A stretch of DNA of 63,987 nt, the filler included. It is 9 parts of 9 records of this genome, joined end to end, with 100 filler letters (N's around TTAATTAATTAA, not from the genome) between each part and the next. Parts side by side here need not be neighbours in the genome. Positions count along the whole stretch, not along the records: positions 17,223 to 22,729 come from DRR723986_21961; positions 22,830 to 29,053 come from DRR723986_21995; positions 29,154 to 40,588 come from DRR723986_22009; 6 more parts are not named here. The stretch is one strand, 5' to 3'. Under the pieces are notes generated by a model. That model saw only the letters and a list, made by a program, of their open reading frames with translations, was not told the origin of the DNA and did no database searches. Shown here piece after piece: positions 19,766 through 30,419 of this stretch; position 1 is the stretch's first letter, and each line of letters begins with the position of its first letter. A program made the translations under genes and the position numbers.

Positions 19766-21185
19766 GCGCTCCCTGCGTGCCCGGCCCGTCGACGCACCCT
19801 TTGCGCTGAGCCTCTTCGACCGCAATTCCGAGCGCCTTTACGACCTGTGCCCGCGTGCCGAAAGCTTCGGCCTCAACCGCGGCATGACGCTGGTTCACGC
19901 CCGCAGCTTCTGCCCCGGTCTGCTGACCCGCCCGGCGGACCCGGCCGCCGACCAGCGTTTCCTGAGGCTGCTGGCCCGGTGGGCAACCCGCTACTGCCCA
20001 TGGGTGGGCCTTGACGGGCGCAACGGCCTCTTTCTCGACATCACCGGCTCGGCCCATCTGCTTGGCGGCGAGGAACCGCTGCTGGACGATATCCGCGCCC
20101 GGCTGGCCCGGGCGGGGCTGACCGCCCGGCTCGGCCTTGCCGATACCCCGGGAACGGCCTGGGCGCTGTCCCGGTTTGCCGAAGGCATTGCCGGGACCGG
20201 CGAGACCCTTGCCCGCATCGGCCCGCTGCCCTTGTCGGCCCTGCGGCTGTCCGACCAGACCTGCACCAGTCTGGAACGGCTCGGCATCGCCACGGTTTCG
20301 CAGCTCTACAATCTGCCGCGCGCCACGGTTGCCCGGCGGTACGAGCCCGATGTCCTGCGCCGCCTCGACCAGGCGCTGGGGGCGCTGCCCGAGCAGATTT
20401 CCCCCCTTGGCGAGGAGCCGGGCTTTGCCGTGCGCATGACCCTGCCCGACCCGATCGGCCTTCTGGACGATGTCATGGCTGCGGCACGCCGGCTGACCGC
20501 GCATCTGTGCCAACGGCTCGACACCGCGCAGAAGGGCGCACGCAGCCTGAAGCTGACCTTTCGCCGGGTCGACCAGGAAAACCAGGCGGTGGAACTGAAA
20601 CTCGCCCGGCCGATGCGCGACCCGGAACGGATCCTGGCCCTTTTCGAGCGCGGGGTCAGCGCGGTCGATGCGGGCTATGGCATCGACATGATCCGCCTGG
20701 AGGCAACCGAGGTGGAACCGCTCGGCATGCGCCAGCTGGACCGCACGGAAGGCCTGGAGAAAGACGGGTTAGATGATCTCATCACCCAGCTCGGCAACCG
20801 GGTGGGCCTCGACAATATCCTGCGGTTCCAGCCGGTCGACAGCCACATTCCCGAGCGCAGCTTCAAGCTGGTGCCCGCCGCCTACAGCCGCCCGGCGCAA
20901 GCCTGGCCCGCCAACCGTCCGCGGCCGATCCGCCTGTTCGCGCCCGAGCCGATTTCCGGCACCGGCTTCGAACCGCCCCAGCGCTTTCGCTGGCGCGGCC
21001 GGGCCCTGACCGTGTTCGAGGCCGAGGGGCCGGAACGGATCACCCCCGCCTGGTGGGACCTAGACGACAGCTGGGCCAAGGGCCTGCGCGACTACTGGCG
21101 CATTGCCACCCACCAGGGCCAGCGCCTGTGGCTGTTCCACACGCCCCAGCACCCGGCCTGGTTCGTGCAAGGGGAGTTCGGCTGA
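19719..21185 (+). CDS. imuB: Y-family polymerase-like ImuB
   Basis: RIVSLWFP, RYCPWV, LDITGSAHL, GPERITPAWW and RDYW motifs. Confidence 0.93.
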   Translation: MQRRIVSLWFPRLAAERSLRARPVDAPFALSLFDRNSERLYDLCPRAESFGLNRGMTLVHARSFCPGLLTRPADPAADQRFLRLLARWATRYCPWVGLDGRNGLFLDITGSAHLLGGEEPLLDDIRARLARAGLTARLGLADTPGTAWALSRFAEGIAGTGETLARIGPLPLSALRLSDQTCTSLERLGIATVSQLYNLPRATVARRYEPDVLRRLDQALGALPEQISPLGEEPGFAVRMTLPDPIGLLDDVMAAARRLTAHLCQRLDTAQKGARSLKLTFRRVDQENQAVELKLARPMRDPERILALFERGVSAVDAGYGIDMIRLEATEVEPLGMRQLDRTEGLEKDGLDDLITQLGNRVGLDNILRFQPVDSHIPERSFKLVPAAYSRPAQAWPANRPRPIRLFAPEPISGTGFEPPQRFRWRGRALTVFEAEGPERITPAWWDLDDSWAKGLRDYWRIATHQGQRLWLFHTPQHPAWFVQGEFG

Positions 21186-21257
21186 TGGGTTTCCGCAGTT
21201 TGCGCCCCGCCTCTATCGCCTTCCCGGTCCCGGGCTCGCAGATCCTAGGCTCCCCGG

Positions 21258-21370
21258 TCCCGGATCTCCGCTGCGCTGCGTCCGGAATGACGGCGGCGAA
21301 AAAGGTTGTTGTTCCGGCCCTCGCCACCCCTTGCCCGGTGCCCTCCCGGACGAGCATCGCGAGATCCGGG
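21258..21370. repeat. Two Rhizobiales-type palindromic repeat elements in opposite orientation
   Basis: TCCCGGATCTCCGCTGCGCTGCGTCCGGAATGAC (~21258-21291) and TCCCGGACGAGCATCGCGAGATCCGGG (~21344-21370) share CCGGAC...GAGATCCGGG. Confidence 0.6.
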
Positions 21371-21546
21371 GTGCACTCATTTGCAGAGCGGTGCCGGCAG
21401 GGGCTTCCGGTGCCTGAAGGGCAAGCGGACCGGCGGTTGGGACCGGGCTTTGCGCTTTTGCTTTGCCAGGGCGGTACGCGGGGACACGGGGATCCCGCAC
21501 ATCTGTCCTGCAAGGACAGCTTTGGAAAGAACAGGGAGGCCCTTCG

Positions 21547-22729
21547 ATGAGCGTGCTTCCGTCGCCTGACGAGTTCCAGCCCGAGCCGGTCCGTTATGCG
21601 GAGCTGGCCGTGACGTCGAATTTTTCGTTCCTGCGGGGGGCCTCCCATCCGGAGGAGCTGGTGACCCGTGCCGCCATGCTCAATCTCGATGCGGTTGCCA
21701 TTACCGACCGCAATTCGCTGGCCGGGGTTGTCCGGGCCTATTCGGCGCTGAAGGAGATCAAGCGGGCGGCGGCCGAGGAAGGCGTTCAGATCCGCTCGCA
21801 TTCGCAGATCGACACCTCCTCCCGCAAGGAGACGAACACGAGCCCGCCCCTGCCTGCGCCGCAGACGCTGAAGCTGCCGCGGCTGATCGTCGGCGCGCGG
21901 CTTTGCCTGCAGGACAGCCCGCTGCACTGGGTGGCGCTGCCGACCGACCGGGCCGCCTATGAGCGGCTGAGCCAGTTGCTTACCCTTGGCAAGCGGCGTG
22001 CGGAAAAGGGCGAGTGTCACCTGAATTTCGCCGACCTGATGAACGCCTGCAAGGGCATGATCCTGATTGCCCTGCCGCAGCCGGAGATGGCGCGCGAGAC
22101 AATTTGTGAGACGGCTAAGGATCACATTCGCCGCCTGCGCCAGGAAGCGCCGGGACATGTGTTTCTGGGCGCGGCGCCCCGCTATGACGGCACCGACCAG
22201 GCCTGGTTCCGCACCTGCGCCCGCGCGGCGCATTCGCTTGCCGCGCCGATGGTCGCCGTCGGCGATGTGATGATGCACCATGCCGGCCGGCGCCGGCTGG
22301 CCGATGTGCTGACATGCCTGCGCGAAGGCTGCACCATCGACGATATCGGCACACGGGCCCTGCCCAATGGCGAACGCCGGCTGAAGGCGCCGGAGGATAT
22401 GGCAAGGCTGTTCCGCCATCATCCGGCAGCCCTGCGCCGGACGCTTGAGATCGCCACCCGCTGCAGCTTCGATCTGTCCGAACTCTCCTACCAATATCCG
22501 GACGAGATCACGGGCAACGAACCGCCCCAGGAGCGGCTGGAACGGCTGACCTACGAGGGGTTGGAGAGGCGGTATCCCGCGGGCGTGCCGGACCATGCGC
22601 TGGCGCTGGCGGAAAAGGAACTGAAGCTGATCCGCAAACTTGCCTTCGCCGCCTATTTCCTGACCGTGCATGACATCATCCGCTTTGCCCGCAGCAAGAA
22701 CATCCTGTGCCAGGGGCGCGGCTCGGCGG
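21547..22729 (+). CDS. dnaE2: Error-prone DNA polymerase III alpha (ImuC), 3'-truncated
   Basis: YAEL..TSNFSFLRGASHPEEL, AITDRNSLAGVVRA, YFLTVHDI and CQGRGSA motifs; GGGAGG RBS. Confidence 0.95.
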
Positions 22730-22829
22730 NNNNNNNNNNNNNNNNNNNNNNNNNNNNNNNNNNNNNNNNNNNNTTAATTAATTAANNNNNNNNNNNNNNN
22801 NNNNNNNNNNNNNNNNNNNNNNNNNNNNN
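22730..22829. other. Artificial contig spacer 4
   Basis: N-run with TTAATTAATTAA. Confidence 0.99.
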
Positions 22830-24374
22830 GCCTGGCCTTTTGAAGAAGCGCGCCGGGTGCTCAAACGCTATTCAAAGTCTCCACCTGAAAAGGGGTATGT
22901 GTTGTTCGAGACCGGATATGGTCCGTCGGGCTTGCCGCACATCGGCACCTTTGGTGAAGTCGCCCGGACGGCGATGATCAAGCGCGCGTTTGAGGAAATC
23001 AGTGATATCCCAACCAAGCTGGTGTCGTTCTCGGACGATCTGGATGGGATGCGCAAAGTGCCGGGCAATGTGCCCAATGCGGCCGCGATGGAAGAGCATC
23101 TGCAAAAGCCGTTGTCGGTTGTGCCCGATCCGTTTGGGACGCACGACAGTTTTGGTGCGCATAACAATGCGATGCTGTGCCGGTTCTTGGACACTTTTGG
23201 GTTTGATTATGAGTTCGTCAGCTCGACCGAGTTCTATGGCTCGGGCCAGTTTGACGACATTCTGCGCCTGTGTGTGGAGCGCTATGACGATATCATGGCG
23301 ATCATGCTGAAGTCGTTGCGCGAAGAGCGGCGTCAGACCTATTCGATTTTCCTGCCGATCCACCCTGAAACGGGTCGGGTTCTGTATGTGCCGATGAAGT
23401 CGGTGAATGTGGCGGATCACACCATCACCTTTGACGACGAAGACGGCAAAGAATGGACGCTGCCCGTCACCGGCGGCAATGTGAAGCTGCAGTGGAAGCC
23501 TGACTTTGGTGCGCGCTGGGCGGCGCTGGGCGTTGATTTTGAGATGTACGGCAAAGACCACAGCACCAACACGCCGATCTATGATGGCATCTGTCGGGTG
23601 CTGGGGGCCAAAGCGCCCGAGCATTTCACCTATGAGCTGTTTCTGGACGAAAACGGGCAGAAGATTTCGAAATCTTCGGGCAATGGCGTGTCGATTGACG
23701 AATGGCTGACCTATGCCAGCGCCGAGAGCCTGTCGTATTTCATGTACCAAAAGCCCAAGACTGCCAAGCGGTTGTTCTTTGATGTGATCCCAAAGGCGGT
23801 GGACGAGTATCACCAGCAATTGCGGGCCTATCACACGCAAGAGCCCAAGGCGCAGTTGAACAACCCGGTGTGGCACATCCACGGGGGCAAGGTGCCTGAG
23901 TCGAACATGGTTGTTCCGTTTGCGATGCTGTTGAACCTCGCGTCTGTTTCTGGGGCCGAGGACAAAGAGACATTGTGGGGCTTTATCCGTCGCTATGCGC
24001 CGGATGCCACGGCACAAACGCATCCTGATCTGGATCAGGCAGCGGGTTTTGCTGTGCGGTATTTCAATGACTTTGTGAAACCGACGCGCACCTTCCGTGC
24101 ACCCACTGACCAAGAACGTGAGGCGCTAGAGGCGCTGCGCGCTGAGCTGGTGGCCTATGACGGTGAGATCGCAGATGAGGCGCTGCAATCCGTGGTGTAT
24201 TCGGTTGGGCGGGAACGCTTTGACCCGATGCGCGGCTGGTTCACGGCGTTGTACGAAGTGCTGTTGGGTGCAAGCCAAGGGCCACGCTTTGGCGGGTTCA
24301 TTGCGCTCTATGGCGTGGACGAAACTGTCGCTCTGATTGATCAGGCGTTGGCAGGCGATTTCGTTCAGGATTGA
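22830..24374 (+). CDS. lysS: Class I lysyl-tRNA synthetase, 5'-truncated
   Basis: [26 protein letters not shown] and GPRFG motifs. Confidence 0.96.
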   Translation, partial: AWPFEEARRVLKRYSKSPPEKGYVLFETGYGPSGLPHIGTFGEVARTAMIKRAFEEISDIPTKLVSFSDDLDGMRKVPGNVPNAAAMEEHLQKPLSVVPDPFGTHDSFGAHNNAMLCRFLDTFGFDYEFVSSTEFYGSGQFDDILRLCVERYDDIMAIMLKSLREERRQTYSIFLPIHPETGRVLYVPMKSVNVADHTITFDDEDGKEWTLPVTGGNVKLQWKPDFGARWAALGVDFEMYGKDHSTNTPIYDGICRVLGAKAPEHFTYELFLDENGQKISKSSGNGVSIDEWLTYASAESLSYFMYQKPKTAKRLFFDVIPKAVDEYHQQLRAYHTQEPKAQLNNPVWHIHGGKVPESNMVVPFAMLLNLASVSGAEDKETLWGFIRRYAPDATAQTHPDLDQAAGFAVRYFNDFVKPTRTFRAPTDQEREALEALRAELVAYDGEIADEALQSVVYSVGRERFDPMRGWFTALYEVLLGASQGPRFGGFIALYGVDETVALIDQALAGDFVQD

Positions 24375-24426
24375 CGAAAAGGCGCGTGGGGCTACCTCTT
24401 GATGGCAACATCAGGGGGGAGGCGTC

Positions 24427-24828
24427 ATGCGCCATTTCATTTTTGCGATTTTGTTGGGCCTTGGCCTATCTGCGCCGGCCCGTGCCCAAAGCACAGATAT
24501 CGAGGCGAACATACGCGCCCAGATCGAAGCGTTTCAGGCCGATGACTTTGTCTCGGCCTTTTCTTTTGCCAGTCCTACCATCCAGCAGGTATTTCGGTCG
24601 CCTGAGACCTTTGGCGCGATGGTCAAGAATGGCTATCCCATGGTGTGGCGCCCTACAGAGGTGAGATTTCTCGACCTGCGCGATGTGGCGGGGCAACTGT
24701 GGCAGCGGGTGATGATTACCGATGCCAAGGGGGATGTTCATGTTCTGGATTACCAAATGGTGAATCTGGAAGGTGCCTGGAAAATCAACGCAGTACAGTT
24801 GTTAAAGGCACCGGGCGTCGCGGCCTGA
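24427..24828 (+). CDS. DUF4864-like secreted protein
   Basis: Signal peptide; QIEAF..DD...AFSFASP, F..MV..GYP and WKINAV; GGAGG RBS. Confidence 0.78.
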   Translation: MRHFIFAILLGLGLSAPARAQSTDIEANIRAQIEAFQADDFVSAFSFASPTIQQVFRSPETFGAMVKNGYPMVWRPTEVRFLDLRDVAGQLWQRVMITDAKGDVHVLDYQMVNLEGAWKINAVQLLKAPGVAA

Positions 24829-24832
24829 GGCA

Positions 24833-24853
24833 ACAGCACCGTGACGGTGCTGT
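24833..24853 (+). terminator. Perfect hairpin after DUF4864 gene
   Basis: ACAGCACCG-TGA-CGGTGCTGT followed by T-rich sequence. Confidence 0.55.
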
Positions 24854-24968
24854 GAGGCGGTTTTAATTCCTTTTTCCTATTCAATGGCTCGCGTTCGGGT
24901 GCAGCCCGGACCCGAAACAGTATGCGCCTTTGCAGGTGACCTGCGGCGCGTTTGGGAAAGGGAATTTG

Positions 24969-27257
24969 ATGAACAAGGCAATCACCGACGGCATTAACTT
25001 TATGCCACCTCTGTTCAAGGATGGTTTGACGGTTTGGTCCAGCGGCGACGGTACGCCGGGGTCAGATACATATGACGGAGCTGCAAATGCTGCGTTTGTT
25101 CCTGCGGATGCGGATTTTAGCGGCTGTCTGGAGCTGCAAAAAACATCAACCACACAGAAATTGCGGCATATGGGGCAGACGCCTTTGCAGCCGGGGTGCT
25201 ATTTGCAGGTCAAGGCGCGGGTCAAAGCGATCAGTGGCAACCTGCCTTCGGTGCGGATTGCGGCCTGGGCCGGCGGCGCGGGGAATACCCACATTTCCGG
25301 CGTGACCGAAGTGGGTCCGGCGACGACATTGACCAGCTATGGTGAAGTTGTGGAGATCACGGCGATTGTCGGGTCGGGCACGCGCGGCGGTGTGGATATG
25401 CCGTGGGGGCGCAGTGCGCTGTATGGTCACTTTGGCCTGAACCTAGAAGGGGCCAACGGCGGCATTGTGCGCGTGGATGACATCGAAATCGTCGATATCA
25501 CCGGTGCGTTTCTGCGCGATCTGATCGGCGTCGTTGATGTGCGTGACTTTGGCGCCGTGGGGGATGGCACCACGGATGATTCCGCTGCGTTTGAAGCGGC
25601 AGATTCAGCTGCCAATGGGCGCACGGTTTATATTCCTGAAGGCACGTATCGTCTGAACCAGACGGTGAACTTTGGGTCAGAAGTGAAGTTTGATGGCACG
25701 GTGACGATGCCAACGGATCGGATGCTGCTGCTAACCAAGAATTTCGATCTGCCCAATTATATCGATGCCTTTGGGGATGAAGAGTTGGCGTTTCGCAAGG
25801 CGTTTCAAGCCCTGATGAACAGTGTTGATCACGAAACACTGGACATGGGCGGACGCAAGATTGCCGTCAACGGCCCGATCGACATGCAGGCGGCTGTGCC
25901 CAACAAAACGTCTATCTCGACGCGTCGGGTGGTCTGCAACGGTGAGTTCGACGTCAAAGGAAACGCTGCGTGGGACACCGAGGTGTTCACCTCTGTTGCG
26001 ACCTATGATCCGTCGGATTCGCGAAAGCTTAAGAATGTGACGAATATCGCAAATATTCCGGTTGGCGCGCTGATCACCGGCAATGGGGTGGGGCGCGAGA
26101 TCTATGTGCGCTCAAAGAATGTCGCTGCTGGCGAAATCACCATGAACGCGGGTCTGTATGATGCGGATGGATCGCAGACCTTTACCTTTACCGAGTTCAA
26201 ATATCTGTTGGATTTCCGTGGCTTTAGCAAGCTGACCAAGTTCAACATGCTGGATATTGAATTCCAGTGTAATTCGCAATGTAGCGCGATTTGTCTGCCT
26301 GCGATTGGGGCGACGTTCAGCTTCAGTGATTGCTTTATCAGTCGCCCCAAGGACCGCGGTATCACCTCGATTGGGGGCGGGTGCCAAGGTCTGTTGATTG
26401 ACCAGTGTCAGTTCTTGTCGTCCGAAGAAGCGTTAGACGTTGCGGATCGCAAATCAATTGCGATCAATGCCAACGCCAATGATGTGAAACTGCGCAATAA
26501 CCGGGCGACAATGTTCAAGCATTTCGCAGTTCTGGGTGGTGACAACAGCATGGTCATCGGCAACCACTTTTTCCAAGGGGATCATGTGACCGATGGCATC
26601 CGCAGCGCCGGTTTGATCCTGATTGGAGATTACAATTGCGGTATGGTGTCCAACAACTACGTTGATAACTGTTTCATCGAGTGGACCAATGAACGCGATC
26701 CGCAGCCGGATTTTGATGGCGGATTCTCTTTCAGTTCCATGAGCATCACCAACAATATCTTTTTGGCCGGTGATGTGGCGCCTTGGTTCAGCTTTATCGT
26801 GGTCAAGCCTTACGGCACTGGGCACTGGCTGAATGGTGTGACGATCACAGGCAACAAGTTCCGTGCGACCAGCGGGTATATTGAGCGGGCTGAGCGGGTG
26901 GATACCAGCTTTGCTGATCTCAATTTCACGCGCAGTAAGAACGTGACTTACACCGCGAATATGTACCATGGCGTGACGAAAAAGGTGAACAACCCGTTGC
27001 GTGTGCGCCATGTGCAGTCGACAGCGGCACAGACCTGGACCGTGGTGACAAATGATGAGCTGCCATTTGGCGCCAACGCCCGTTCGGTCGAAGGGCTGGT
27101 TGCGGTGGATGGCATTCGCACGGCAGGGGGCAGTTTGCGCTATACGATGCCCTATGTGCGTCATGAGCGTGGTGCGAACGACGATGCGATTGATGTGGTG
27201 TGGTCCGAGGCTGTGCAAGGGTCCATCGAAGTGAACATCCGGATCGACAAAGTGTAA
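24969..27257 (+). CDS. Right-handed beta-helix protein (pectate_lyase_3/GH28-related, tailspike-like)
   Basis: VDVRDFGAVGDGTTDDSAAF...VYIPEGTY motif and parallel beta-helix repeats (IGNHF, SNNY, TNNIF, TGNKF); no signal peptide. Confidence 0.8.
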   Translation: MNKAITDGINFMPPLFKDGLTVWSSGDGTPGSDTYDGAANAAFVPADADFSGCLELQKTSTTQKLRHMGQTPLQPGCYLQVKARVKAISGNLPSVRIAAWAGGAGNTHISGVTEVGPATTLTSYGEVVEITAIVGSGTRGGVDMPWGRSALYGHFGLNLEGANGGIVRVDDIEIVDITGAFLRDLIGVVDVRDFGAVGDGTTDDSAAFEAADSAANGRTVYIPEGTYRLNQTVNFGSEVKFDGTVTMPTDRMLLLTKNFDLPNYIDAFGDEELAFRKAFQALMNSVDHETLDMGGRKIAVNGPIDMQAAVPNKTSISTRRVVCNGEFDVKGNAAWDTEVFTSVATYDPSDSRKLKNVTNIANIPVGALITGNGVGREIYVRSKNVAAGEITMNAGLYDADGSQTFTFTEFKYLLDFRGFSKLTKFNMLDIEFQCNSQCSAICLPAIGATFSFSDCFISRPKDRGITSIGGGCQGLLIDQCQFLSSEEALDVADRKSIAINANANDVKLRNNRATMFKHFAVLGGDNSMVIGNHFFQGDHVTDGIRSAGLILIGDYNCGMVSNNYVDNCFIEWTNERDPQPDFDGGFSFSSMSITNNIFLAGDVAPWFSFIVVKPYGTGHWLNGVTITGNKFRATSGYIERAERVDTSFADLNFTRSKNVTYTANMYHGVTKKVNNPLRVRHVQSTAAQTWTVVTNDELPFGANARSVEGLVAVDGIRTAGGSLRYTMPYVRHERGANDDAIDVVWSEAVQGSIEVNIRIDKV

Positions 27258-27280
27258 GGGCGATCGTCCCTCTGGTGGGG

Positions 27281-27946
27281 TTAGAAATCGCGCCAGAGGG
27301 AGATTTTGAGGCCGACACCTTTGGGGTAGGCGGATTTGTTTTCAAGTCCAACGACCCAGCGGACGCCTTTTTTGCCTTTGATCATGACAGAGGGTGTGAC
27401 GGTCCATAGGATCGGCGCACCCTTTATGTATGTGGTTTCGAGTTGCAGCAGGGGATTGAACCGGCGGTCATTGGACAGGCCTGCGGTCAGGTCGAGTTTG
27501 TAAAATGGATCTCCGGCGCCGGTGCGGTGTTCCATGGCGGCGTCAACGGCGAGCCAGCCAGATCCCCAAGGTTTCGCAAATCCCAGCCCATAAGAGAGGG
27601 TGAATTTGTACATCGGATGCCAGTCTTGGGGGCCGTGGTGTGCGCCAAGACCGATTTCGGCGGCGAACCTGCCTGCCTCGTTCAGATCGGCAATTGGAAA
27701 GCGCGTGAATATCAGCGCATGGCCCGAGAGCCCGGGACGTTCGTTCAGGTCAAGCCCCAGTGTAAGGCGCGGGGTGGCGCCCCATTCGGCGTAGACGGCC
27801 GATTTGTAATCGAGCACGTTGTTGTCTTGGTGGAGTGTTGCAGAGAGCGCCAGAAAACCAGTGCCCTTATCCCGCAGCCATGCACCGGCGAAAGCCGGGT
27901 GGGCCGCGGTTAAGAAAAGGATACAAAAGGCCAGGATACGACACAT
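27281..27946 (-). CDS. Hypothetical outer-membrane beta-barrel protein
   Basis: Signal peptide AFA-GAWLR, alternating beta strands, C-terminal GLKISLWRDF. Confidence 0.72.
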   Translation of the reverse strand: MCRILAFCILFLTAAHPAFAGAWLRDKGTGFLALSATLHQDNNVLDYKSAVYAEWGATPRLTLGLDLNERPGLSGHALIFTRFPIADLNEAGRFAAEIGLGAHHGPQDWHPMYKFTLSYGLGFAKPWGSGWLAVDAAMEHRTGAGDPFYKLDLTAGLSNDRRFNPLLQLETTYIKGAPILWTVTPSVMIKGKKGVRWVVGLENKSAYPKGVGLKISLWRDF

Positions 27947-27980
27947 CTCACGCCTCCGGTCTCAGGTTGAATTGCCGAGG

Positions 27981-28018
27981 TTAACAATGTGTTATCAAGT
28001 TCCTTAAAAAGTTCTTAA
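27981..28018. promoter_or_regulatory. Putative tandem CtrA sites
   Basis: TTAA-AAAGTTC-TTAA (28004-28018, perfect TTAA-N7-TTAA) and GTTAA-CAATGTG-TTAT (27980-27995). Confidence 0.55.
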
Positions 28019-28092
28019 ATTGGGTCGAAATGTCCATTGCACCGGGGTTTTTCCTCTCTATGCTGCGATGCGGCGTTAGAGGGGACCGGCCT

Positions 28093-28725
28093 GTGGGATA
28101 TGTCATAACGATTGCGCAACAAAAAGGGGGCGCAGGCAAGACAACCATGGCCGTCAATCTGGCGGTGGCTTTTGCCAAAGCGGGCAAGTCGGTGGCCTTG
28201 ATGGACACTGATCCGCAGGGCAGTTCGGGGCGCTGGTTTATGACCCGGCTTGAGGCGCAGGACGATCCGGGTTTGGAGTTTTCCACCGCCTCGGCCTGGG
28301 GTGTCACCTATGAGGTGCGCAAGCTGGCAGAAAAGCATGACATTGTGATTATCGACACCCCGCCCAAAGCGGACAGCGATCTGCGCCCGGCTTTGCGGGC
28401 CTCGGATTTGGTGTTGATCCCGGTGGCGACATCGCATCTGGATTTATGGGCGGTTGAGGTTGTGTTGTATCTGGCGGATCGCGAACGCAAACCCGCGATG
28501 ATGGTGATGACCCGCGCCCGTCCGGGCACCCGTCTGGCAGCCGATGTGGCGGCCAAGGCGGCAGAAATGGAGGCCAGCGTGGCCACCGCCGTTTTGTCCA
28601 ATCGGGTGGTCTATGCCGAGACATTGGGGCAGGGGCGCACGGCGCTAGAGGCCCGCAAAGGGCCAGCCCATGGCGAAGTCACTGGTTTGATGCAGGAAAT
28701 CGAAGAAGTTTTGCACAACTTGTGA
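28093..28725 (+). CDS. Orphan ParA-family ATPase
   Basis: QQKGGAGKTT deviant Walker A, DTDPQGS and IIDTPP; GTG start after GAGGGG. Confidence 0.9.
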   Translation: MGYVITIAQQKGGAGKTTMAVNLAVAFAKAGKSVALMDTDPQGSSGRWFMTRLEAQDDPGLEFSTASAWGVTYEVRKLAEKHDIVIIDTPPKADSDLRPALRASDLVLIPVATSHLDLWAVEVVLYLADRERKPAMMVMTRARPGTRLAADVAAKAAEMEASVATAVLSNRVVYAETLGQGRTALEARKGPAHGEVTGLMQEIEEVLHNL

Positions 28726-28755
28726 TAGACTGGGTCCGAGTCAAGGAGGACCAGC

Positions 28756-29053
28756 ATGCCAACAATTTCCAAAGCCGCCACTGTCCAGACTGTGATCACC
28801 ACCTTTGAAATGACACCGGGCACGTGTCAGGATCTGCTCGAAGCACTGACAGAAGCCTATGCGGACTTTATCTCGAAACAGCCGGGATTTGTGTCTGCTG
28901 GATTGCATGTGAACGACGCGCAAACGCGGATAGCTAATTATTCCCAGTGGGAAAAGCGTGAGGATTTTCTTGCGATGTTGCGGACGTCCGAGATGCGGGA
29001 ACGCAATCGTAAGATCAATGAAATGTGCAAAAGCTTTGAGCCGGTGATGTATG
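28756..29053 (+). CDS. Antibiotic biosynthesis monooxygenase-family protein, 3'-truncated
   Basis: KQPGFVSAGLH...IANYSQW ABM pattern; AGGAGG RBS. Confidence 0.8.
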
Positions 29054-29153
29054 NNNNNNNNNNNNNNNNNNNNNNNNNNNNNNNNNNNNNNNNNNNNTTA
29101 ATTAATTAANNNNNNNNNNNNNNNNNNNNNNNNNNNNNNNNNNNNNNNNNNNN
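29054..29153. other. Artificial contig spacer 5
   Basis: N-run with TTAATTAATTAA. Confidence 0.99.
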
Positions 29154-29442
29154 CAAATGGGCCCTCCCCCGCCGCCGCCACGTCAAAACATCCACCACCA
29201 CGAACATAGTCCTCCCGCCCTGTATCACTACAGACTACAAGAACTGTCCGCTCCACACGCCCAAAAGTCGTCACCTCGGCCGTCAATACAAGTTTAACTC
29301 CTAAGCGCCGATTTACAAGCAGTGTTACGTTAAACGGTCAGTAATGTGTGGTTAAACGCACCATATTCAGTGATAATCGGCAAGGAAGAAGTGGCAAGAC
29401 AGCTCTCCATAACAACAAATACCCGAGGTGATATTCAAAAAT

Positions 29443-30261
29443 TCACAGTTTCCCCATCTGCGCTTCAAAGCGATCGCGGTTGGCACGCGCGCGGTCTCGC
29501 AAAGTCCCCAAGTCACTGAATGCCCGAGTCGTAATGACTGCCTGACGCCGCTGAATGTAAAACCCGGAGTTCGTAAACAACTCGTCAATCGCCGCTGTCA
29601 ACTGCGCACGACTCAAATCCGAAATAAGCCACTGATCCGGCATTTGCGCTACACAATCCGCAAGTGCCTGACGCTCCGCATCCGACCAGATAATCTCGGG
29701 TGGTGGACTTGCAGAGTAACAGGGATGCATCCTTAAACTCGGCGCAATCGATTCAATATCGTAGTCCTGCTGCCGTAGAATCGATTGGATCTGCAGCGCA
29801 GCATTAAAGTCGATCAGGTACAGGTCCGCGCCGTCAAAAAGCAGATTCGGATTGTTGAGGCGGCGATCGACGTTTAACAGGAGGATATCGAATGCAAACA
29901 GACGTGGATCCAGATGCGGTACAAATTCAGCCACATCCTTACATGTCAAGGCACGCGCCGCAGGTAAAAACTGCAAGGCCGGATTTGGACCGATACTCGC
30001 CGCAGCAATCTCGCGAATCTCCGGGTCCTTAATCGAATCCACCAGCTCTTGATCAACGTGCACAATGCCCGGACGCGGCACCCGAAATCCACAGCTCTGC
30101 GCCAGATGCAGCCCCAGCCACTCGACTGCCGCCGAACGCATGCCGTCGGCACTCCACTTTACGACGTATTTGCAGCCATCGTCAGCCGTTATCAGGCCCG
30201 GCGCACCGGAGCCGCCACGCAAAGCTGTATGAAAACTGCGCGAATAGAGATAGGATTCCAA
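29443..30261 (-). CDS. HipA-like (PI3K/PI4K-fold) kinase
   Basis: LRGGSGAP..ADDG..YVVK, E-W-L, FD..LLNVDR...NPNLL and YLIDF; start at TTG 30261 after GGAG. Confidence 0.8.
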   Translation of the reverse strand: MESYLYSRSFHTALRGGSGAPGLITADDGCKYVVKWSADGMRSAAVEWLGLHLAQSCGFRVPRPGIVHVDQELVDSIKDPEIREIAAASIGPNPALQFLPAARALTCKDVAEFVPHLDPRLFAFDILLLNVDRRLNNPNLLFDGADLYLIDFNAALQIQSILRQQDYDIESIAPSLRMHPCYSASPPPEIIWSDAERQALADCVAQMPDQWLISDLSRAQLTAAIDELFTNSGFYIQRRQAVITTRAFSDLGTLRDRARANRDRFEAQMGKL

Positions 30262-30419
30262 AATAGACGCTCCACCAAAAAAAACGGGCCGAGAATAACA
30301 TTTGCATGTTTCCCAGCCCGCTAACACTGGTCCGGGCACAGTCCAGGTCAGATACCTGCCATCAACACATCGATGGCAAGTCTGTCACGAGTCGAATAAG
30401 TTTGCCATTTAGTGTGGCG

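Noticed and set aside
21040..22671. 543-aa minus-strand ORF
   Set aside because: Antisense shadow of dnaE2 with no recognisable motifs.
29292..29357. GTTTAAC...GTTAAAC resembling an integron attC
   Set aside because: No internal palindrome or L boxes, no integrase or cassette array, and TTAA words are abundant in this contig.
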